NCBI GenBank assembly: GCA_050175015.1
Contig: JBFXJJ010000020.1
Coordinates: 1 to 31,075, forward strand
Direction: 5' to 3'
DNA: 31,075 nt
Origin: Alphaproteobacteria bacterium
Lineage (GTDB): Bacteria; Pseudomonadota; Alphaproteobacteria; JBFXJJ01
Part shown: positions 26,248-31,075 of the stretch, piece after piece
How the letters are laid out: each line of letters begins with the position of its first letter
How positions within the stretch are numbered: position 1 is the first letter of the stretch
The notes under the pieces: generated by a model
Databases searched by the model: none
Seen by the model: only the letters and a program-made list of their open reading frames with translations
Told to the model about the DNA's origin: nothing
Position numbers and translations under genes: made by a program

Positions 26248-27398
26248 TGCTTGGCCTCTTGGATTTTATCGACGATACGGATGCGGCTTCGCGGCGAGAG
26301 GTTTTTTTCGCTGTAGAGAATTACATTTTCTCCCCCTTTCAAGCCATCCCTGACCTGAACCTGTCCTTCCAAATCCGCGCTGCCCAGAACGACAGGAACA
26401 AAAGAAAGATTTCCGTCTGTTATTTTCCAAACACCTGTCTTTGCGTTCATGCTTTGGATAGAGGCATTCGGAATAACCGGAGAGGCAGGAAGAAGCGGCA
26501 ATTCCACGGTCACTTCCGCAAGCTCCCCCAATGGCGGGAGAGGATCAGGAATGGCATCAAAAACTACCTTTGCCAAGGTTTCTTCGGTCACGGAATCGGC
26601 CTTTGGCTCGACGTAGAGAACATGGCCGACGACAGACTCTCCCTTCTTTGAGCGAAGAACGATCTGGGCAGGAAGTCCCTTTTTTAGTCCCGAAGAACGG
26701 ATCTGGTCAAATCTGGCGTTAACCCAGATGGACTTAGGGTCAATGATTTCATAGACCGACTGGCCTGCTACGACCGTCGTTCCCATTTCTGCATTGCGTA
26801 GAACCACAATGCCATTGATCGGAGAGACTAGGCGCGCATTATCAAGTTGATTTGTAACGGCATCATACTCTGATTTTGCGCGAGCCAAATCCTCCTTCGC
26901 TACAAGGAGAGCAGATTCAGCAACACGCAATTCTTTGCGTCTGACATCAAGAAGCGATTTGCTAACCGCTCCTGCGGGGAACAGTTTTTCCGCTCGTCCC
27001 GCTTCATCACGGGCGTAGATATGTGTTGCTTCTGCCTGCTGTAGAATAGCCTCGGCACGTCTGATGTTCGCCGACTGCGAAGCAGAGCGGCTTTCAAGGT
27101 CAACGGGGTCTATCTCGCCAAGCAACTGTCCGGCTTGAACAAAATCACCGACATCAATGTTCAGGCTCTTGATCCGTCCCGCCGTCGTCGGCCCTATTTT
27201 GTGGGAATAACGAGCTTCAACGGTTCCAATCCCAAACAAGGAAGGAGATATCGGTTTTATATCGACTTTTATCGTTGTCACAGAAACGGGCGCAAGGGGG
27301 CCCGAGCGCACCCCGACATAAACAAAAACGAGGATAAGCGGAAGCAAGACAAGGATGATTCCAATTTTCCTGCGTGTGATAGGAGATAGTTTTTTCAT
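26244..27398 (-). CDS. Efflux membrane-fusion (periplasmic adaptor) protein
   Basis: N-terminal TM, lipoyl-like halves (GRIKSL..DVGDFV.AGQLL; SPINGIV), alpha-helical hairpin. Confidence 0.9.
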   Translation of the reverse strand: MKKLSPITRRKIGIILVLLPLILVFVYVGVRSGPLAPVSVTTIKVDIKPISPSLFGIGTVEARYSHKIGPTTAGRIKSLNIDVGDFVQAGQLLGEIDPVDLESRSASQSANIRRAEAILQQAEATHIYARDEAGRAEKLFPAGAVSKSLLDVRRKELRVAESALLVAKEDLARAKSEYDAVTNQLDNARLVSPINGIVVLRNAEMGTTVVAGQSVYEIIDPKSIWVNARFDQIRSSGLKKGLPAQIVLRSKKGESVVGHVLYVEPKADSVTEETLAKVVFDAIPDPLPPLGELAEVTVELPLLPASPVIPNASIQSMNAKTGVWKITDGNLSFVPVVLGSADLEGQVQVRDGLKGGENVILYSEKNLSPRSRIRIVDKIQEAKQ

Positions 27399-28000
27399 GC
27401 TTTTACTGCGACCCCGCGCTGATAAATTTCAAACAAAGACGGACCGGCGGCCCGCATGGCCGTCATGTCGCCAGAAAGAAGTGATTGCATGACAAGTCCT
27501 TGTACCATCCCAATGAACAGAACTGCGCCCGCTTCGATATCGAGGGAAGGCAAAATCTCACCACATTTTTTCCCCTTTTCAATTAAAGCATGAAGGCGTT
27601 TCCTGTAGTTCTTGATAAGCGTCTGGGCCATCCGTTTGGCGGGAGTTGATCCTGCGCGTTGAAGTTCGCCAAACATCATACGCGGAACTCCTGGATGATC
27701 TGCGACGAAGTCTATGTGACTCATAAACATCGCTTTCATGGACGCCATTGGAGATGATGCGTCCTTGGCGGCGCGATCCAAACGATCAAGCAAGCGGACG
27801 GAAACCCATTCCATGACGGCCTGCCAGATGTCATCTTTCGTGGCGTAATGCCGAAACAAGGCGCCTTGCGTTAGGCCCATATGCTTTGCGATGGCAGCGG
27901 TTGTGATCTCGCTGGGATTTTGCCGCCCCGCAAGCTCAATAACCGTCTCAATCGTTACATTTTTCCGATCTTCAGCCGAAAGTTTAACGTGCGCTTCCAT
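27395..28000 (-). CDS. TetR/AcrR-family regulator
   Basis: ITTAAIAKHMGLTQGALFRHY.TKDDI helix-turn-helix. Confidence 0.93.
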   Translation of the reverse strand: MEAHVKLSAEDRKNVTIETVIELAGRQNPSEITTAAIAKHMGLTQGALFRHYATKDDIWQAVMEWVSVRLLDRLDRAAKDASSPMASMKAMFMSHIDFVADHPGVPRMMFGELQRAGSTPAKRMAQTLIKNYRKRLHALIEKGKKCGEILPSLDIEAGAVLFIGMVQGLVMQSLLSGDMTAMRAAGPSLFEIYQRGVAVKA

Positions 28001-28019
28001 CTTGCCCAGCCATGTTAGT

Positions 28020-28063
28020 TAGTAATCAATTACTATCCTAATGTATTGTGCCGTGATTGTCAA
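28020..28063 (-). promoter_or_regulatory. Sigma70-type promoter with adjacent palindromic TetR operator
   Basis: Minus strand TTGACA-N17-TAGGAT; palindrome TAGTAAT-CA-ATTACTA at 28020-28035. Confidence 0.7.
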
Positions 28064-28299
28064 CGCATGATCCTTAAGGGCGGCACTCTCTTTTCATCGA
28101 TATTGAGGTTAATGGAAGAGGACAATCTTGATCTGGACGCTCTTCCAGTAAAATCATACCACCAAAGAATGTCGGGTGCGGGCTGAACTCTTTTTTGTTC
28201 CGTTACATTTGGCAGCATCGCTCCGCATAGCAAACGGGCAATGTCTCGGTAGGAATGAGGAAACATAGGCAAATGCTGGGGTGCATCTTAGACGCATTC

Positions 28300-28325
28300 A
28301 GGTTCGAGTCCTCCGCCCACCGCCA
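28300..28325 (+). other. tRNA 3'-end fragment (T-loop to CCA, possibly Ser), att-like relic
   Basis: AGGTTCGAGTCCTCCGCCCACCGCCA; upstream sequence gives no matching 5' half. Confidence 0.55.
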
Positions 28326-28361
28326 TAACAAAATACCCCCATTTGGGGGTATTTTGTTATG
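28324..28361. terminator. Perfect 17-bp hairpin, terminator-like
   Basis: CATAACAAAATACCCCC-ATTT-GGGGGTATTTTGTTATG. Confidence 0.75.
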
Positions 28362-28646
28362 CTCGGACGTGGGCAGATTTGAACCCACGTGGGTTCGGAA
28401 TCGTAGCGAAGCGAAGATGAACGAGCGACAGCGAGGACAATCCCACTTAACTTCATTATTATCCCCATTTGGGGGTGTTTTTTATGCGGAAAGGGGTAAG
28501 GTGAACGAACCCATGTTCACCGAGAATACGACCTGAGGAGCATTCGAGGGACGTTTGGCAATAGCCAAACGGTCTTGAGCAAAGCGAAAGATAAAAATCA
28601 GTATAAAATTTGATTTTTACAATCCCAATGTACTGCCCCCCAATTG

Positions 28647-29387
28647 TCAAGCAGCGTTTAGGAGAGTCAAGAAAGCGGTTTCGACCTGCATAGGCGTTTT
28701 GTATTTCAGTGTCGAATGCAGGTAAGAATAGTTATATTTTTCAAGCCATGATTTTAACTCCGTCATAAGTTCATCTGCGCATTTCCAGTCTTGCAACCAC
28801 GCACATTCTTCTTTCAACGTCCGCATAAAGCGTTCGGTATCGGCGTTGCCTTTGGGGTTGCAATACGCCGTAAAAATCTGTTCAACGTCAAGCGTTGCAC
28901 ATGTTTTCATAAAATTTACGCTGGTCGGTTGGCAACCATTATCGCTGATCAGTTTCAGGTTTTGCGCCCGCGATCCGTATTTAAACTGACGGTTTAAAGC
29001 CATATCCAACGCTTGTAACCAATGTTCAGATTTGCTTTGCAAACCAATGTGATAGCCGACTACTTTTTTAGTAAACCAATCTAAAACAATAGTCGTATAG
29101 ACCCAGCCTGTAGGCGTTAAAACTTTGGTCATATCAATGCCCCAATACTGGTTTGGCGCAGTTGGTTGAGGTTTTTTGGCTTGCGTCCGAAGTGCTTTCA
29201 AATGAACGTTTTTGCGGCATAACAGATTGTTTTGCTTCATTAAATCGTACACGCGTTTGTGATTAACGTCGAATTGTTCAACATATTTTAAAGTTGCCAA
29301 AATTCTGCGATACCCCCAAAAAGGGTGCATGCTTTTAAGGTAAGTAATGCGGTTCAAGATTTGAGTATTTTTAGCTTGGCAAGCCAA
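28647..29387 (-). CDS. IS3-family transposase OrfB (DDE)
   Basis: Translation identical to 23143..23883. Confidence 0.92.
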   Translation of the reverse strand: MACQAKNTQILNRITYLKSMHPFWGYRRILATLKYVEQFDVNHKRVYDLMKQNNLLCRKNVHLKALRTQAKKPQPTAPNQYWGIDMTKVLTPTGWVYTTIVLDWFTKKVVGYHIGLQSKSEHWLQALDMALNRQFKYGSRAQNLKLISDNGCQPTSVNFMKTCATLDVEQIFTAYCNPKGNADTERFMRTLKEECAWLQDWKCADELMTELKSWLEKYNYSYLHSTLKYKTPMQVETAFLTLLNAA

Positions 29388-29396
29388 GTATTTTCC

Positions 29397-29678
29397 TCAT
29401 TTTTTACCAGTCCTCATTTTTTTAAGCTCCAAGGTAAGCTCGGCAACACATTGTTTAAGTTTGCGATTTTCCAATGAAAGCTTGGTTTCTTTCGCATTGG
29501 TTTTATCAACTAAAAATACTTGTTCGCCTTTTTGTAAGAACTGGTCACGCAAACGATAATAATGTGCCTGACAAATACCATAAGATGCGCAAATTTCTGC
29601 GACAGATCGTCCTTTTATGCCTTCAATAACCAGTTGAAACTTCTGGCTGTTGGTAAGTTTTATGTTGTTTTTAGTCAT
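29397..29678 (-). CDS. IS3-family transposase OrfA
   Basis: Translation identical to 23893..24174. Confidence 0.88.
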   Translation of the reverse strand: MTKNNIKLTNSQKFQLVIEGIKGRSVAEICASYGICQAHYYRLRDQFLQKGEQVFLVDKTNAKETKLSLENRKLKQCVAELTLELKKMRTGKK

Positions 29679-29795
29679 GTTTTCCTTGCTCTAAATGACG
29701 GCATTTAAAAAATTTAGCTTATATGGGCTATTTTTAAAATGCCTGAGGTTAAATGACTCTCATATTTTTTGCGTCACCAATTCGGGAGCAGTATA

Positions 29796-29938
29796 TCTTG
29801 AATATTCTTAATTTTTCTCAAAAAATCTTAAAAAGTCTTAAAGTGTCTCAAAAAGTCTTAAAATTTATCATTTTTTCTTTAAAAATCTTAAAAAATCCCA
29901 ATTTGTCTTAAATGTCTTAAAAGTTCTTATTTGTCTCA
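29796..29938. repeat. Phased (G)TCTTA iteron array, continuing 23100-23124 across the transposon
   Basis: TCTTA/TCTCA at 29806, 29816, 29826, 29836, 29846, 29856, 29886, 29906 and others, mostly in 10-bp steps. Confidence 0.7.
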
Positions 29939-29946
29939 TAATTTAG

Positions 29947-30032
29947 GAAGGCAGGACATGAAAAGTAATATCACTTTTCTCCTGCCCATAAAATGGGGAT
30001 ATTCTTATTCGCAATTCCATTGCTCAACGATT
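29947..30032 (+). other. IncP oriT-like element, copy 3
   Basis: GAAGGCAGGA...TCCTGCCCATAAAATGGGGAT..CTTATTCGCA-ATTCCAT-TGCTCAACGATT. Confidence 0.6.
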
Positions 30033-30075
30033 AACAAATTTTAATACTATTTTTTTGCTAAGCAAAATTTTTATC

Positions 30076-30948
30076 TTAAGATATTAAACTTTCAAAATAA
30101 TCAATAGTTTTTTTAGAACTAAAAATATTTTTAGCTTCCAATATGGTTTGTTTTATATGCTCTTCATTAAGTGCTTTTTTTATTGAAATTAATATTTTTT
30201 CTGACAATTCTTTATCATTTAAAGTTGCAGAACAATAATCTATTCCTGTCAGATTTCCTATTTTTTTAGAATCTCCTGTGTTTCTTATTATTACCTGTGT
30301 TCCAGAAAATAATGATTCTGCAATTACTCTAGAAGGATAATTAGTTACTTCTTGGAGGGATAAAAAAACCGAAACGTTTTGTAAAAAAGAGGGGGTATGA
30401 ACTTCTCCTGCCATTGATATTGGAATGCCATTTTCTTTTAATAATAAAGTTTGCTTTTGTGCAAAATCAAAAAGATTCCCTTTGCCAGCAATTATAAATT
30501 CAATATTTTTTGGAGCTTTAATTTTTATTTCTTCCCAGAGTTTAGGCAAAATATTTAAAAAATCGGTAAGTCCTTTGCCTTCGGTTAACCTACTTAAAAA
30601 AACAACATAAGGTTTTTTGCTCAACGCTTTGTAATCATTAGCAAAAACAAAACTGCCGTTAGGGGTTTGAGAGCATTTTTGTTTAAGCATAAAAGATTTT
30701 TTTAGATTATTAAAAATATCTGAGCTTAAAACGTCAATTTTATCGGCAAAAAGTCCTGCAAGATATGCTCGCACTTTATAACTTTTCAGCGAAAATAAGG
30801 ACGGGGTCATGGTGCAGTCGCAGTAAGATACGGTTACTTTATCTTTTCTAAAAAAATGCAGAAAAAAAAGGCTATTTAAAGGATAGTGAAAAGCTGATTT
30901 TGGGGGGAGGGCTTTTAAAACCTTATAATATTCTTTAATAAAATTTAA
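30076..30948 (-). pseudogene. GT-B (family 4-like) glycosyltransferase, 5' part cut off by an IS
   Basis: FLSRL..GKG, IAGKG and NYPSRVIAESL..G motifs; the ORF-track start lies inside an IS terminal repeat. Confidence 0.7.
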
Positions 30949-31075
30949 TGGACTGTCAACCAAAATTAGGACAGTAATTGTTAGGAATATTTATTTGGCT
31001 TTTTTTGCTTTCAAATTCTGCTGGCGACAAATACCCATTTGCAGAATGTAATCTTTTTCGATTATAAAATACTTC
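30949..31075 (-). mobile_element. End of a second, different IS3-family element (partial)
   Basis: Terminus TGGACTGTCAACCAAAATTAGGACA; minus-strand translation EVFYNRKRLHSANGYLSPAEFE is a typical IS3 OrfB C-terminus (stop at 30956-30958). Confidence 0.85.

Larger units (their letters stand above)
23125..29795. mobile_element. IS3-bounded composite transposon carrying a TetR-regulated ABC efflux operon
   Basis: Two directly oriented 1167-bp IS copies; TCTT at 23121-23124 and 29796-29799 flanks the whole unit; inner flanks are not duplicated. Confidence 0.88.
28629..29795 (-). mobile_element. IS3-family insertion sequence, copy 2
   Basis: Same as 23125-24291 at offset 5504; one visible difference in the upstream IR. 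Confidence 0.92.

Noticed and set aside
24249-27389. Multiple + strand ORFs over the efflux operon
   Set aside because: Antisense shadows of well-supported minus-strand genes in GC-richer DNA.
28060-28650. Short ORFs upstream of tetR
   Set aside because: They overlap one another and run through hairpins and a tRNA fragment, with no protein-like motifs.
29796-29938. CRISPR array
   Set aside because: The units are about 10-bp degenerate iterons without unique spacers, and no cas genes are present.

Overview
AT-rich bacterial accessory region made of tandem genomic islands integrated at the 3' half of an initiator-type tRNA-Met (perfect 50-bp direct repeat at 3135-3184 and 20714-20763; no intact tRNA in the window). 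Island 1 (right end only) carries an OLD-like TOPRIM ORF, a GmrSD-like nuclease and an orphan HigA. Island 2 (complete, about 17.6 kb) carries a tyrosine integrase, an excisionase, IncP-like TraK/TraL but no relaxase, two secreted EF-hand paralogs, an Ec67-type retron (RT-TOPRIM plus msr/msd ncRNA), HipBA, an MmeI-like type IIL R-M enzyme, a TM protein with a GHKL-ATPase/PD-(D/E)xK nuclease, HigBA and a trypsin-like protease. The third segment carries AbiEi/AbiEii, an IS3-bounded composite transposon (4-bp TCTT duplication; higher-GC TetR-MFP-ABC efflux cargo) and a glycosyltransferase cut by another IS3. The most striking unexplained structure is a family of three 80-90-bp elements resembling the IncP (RP4) oriT. 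Two of them sit in inverted orientation tightly around the retron, and the third abuts the glycosyltransferase in the same geometry. All calls come from reading the sequence and recalled family motifs; no searches were run.
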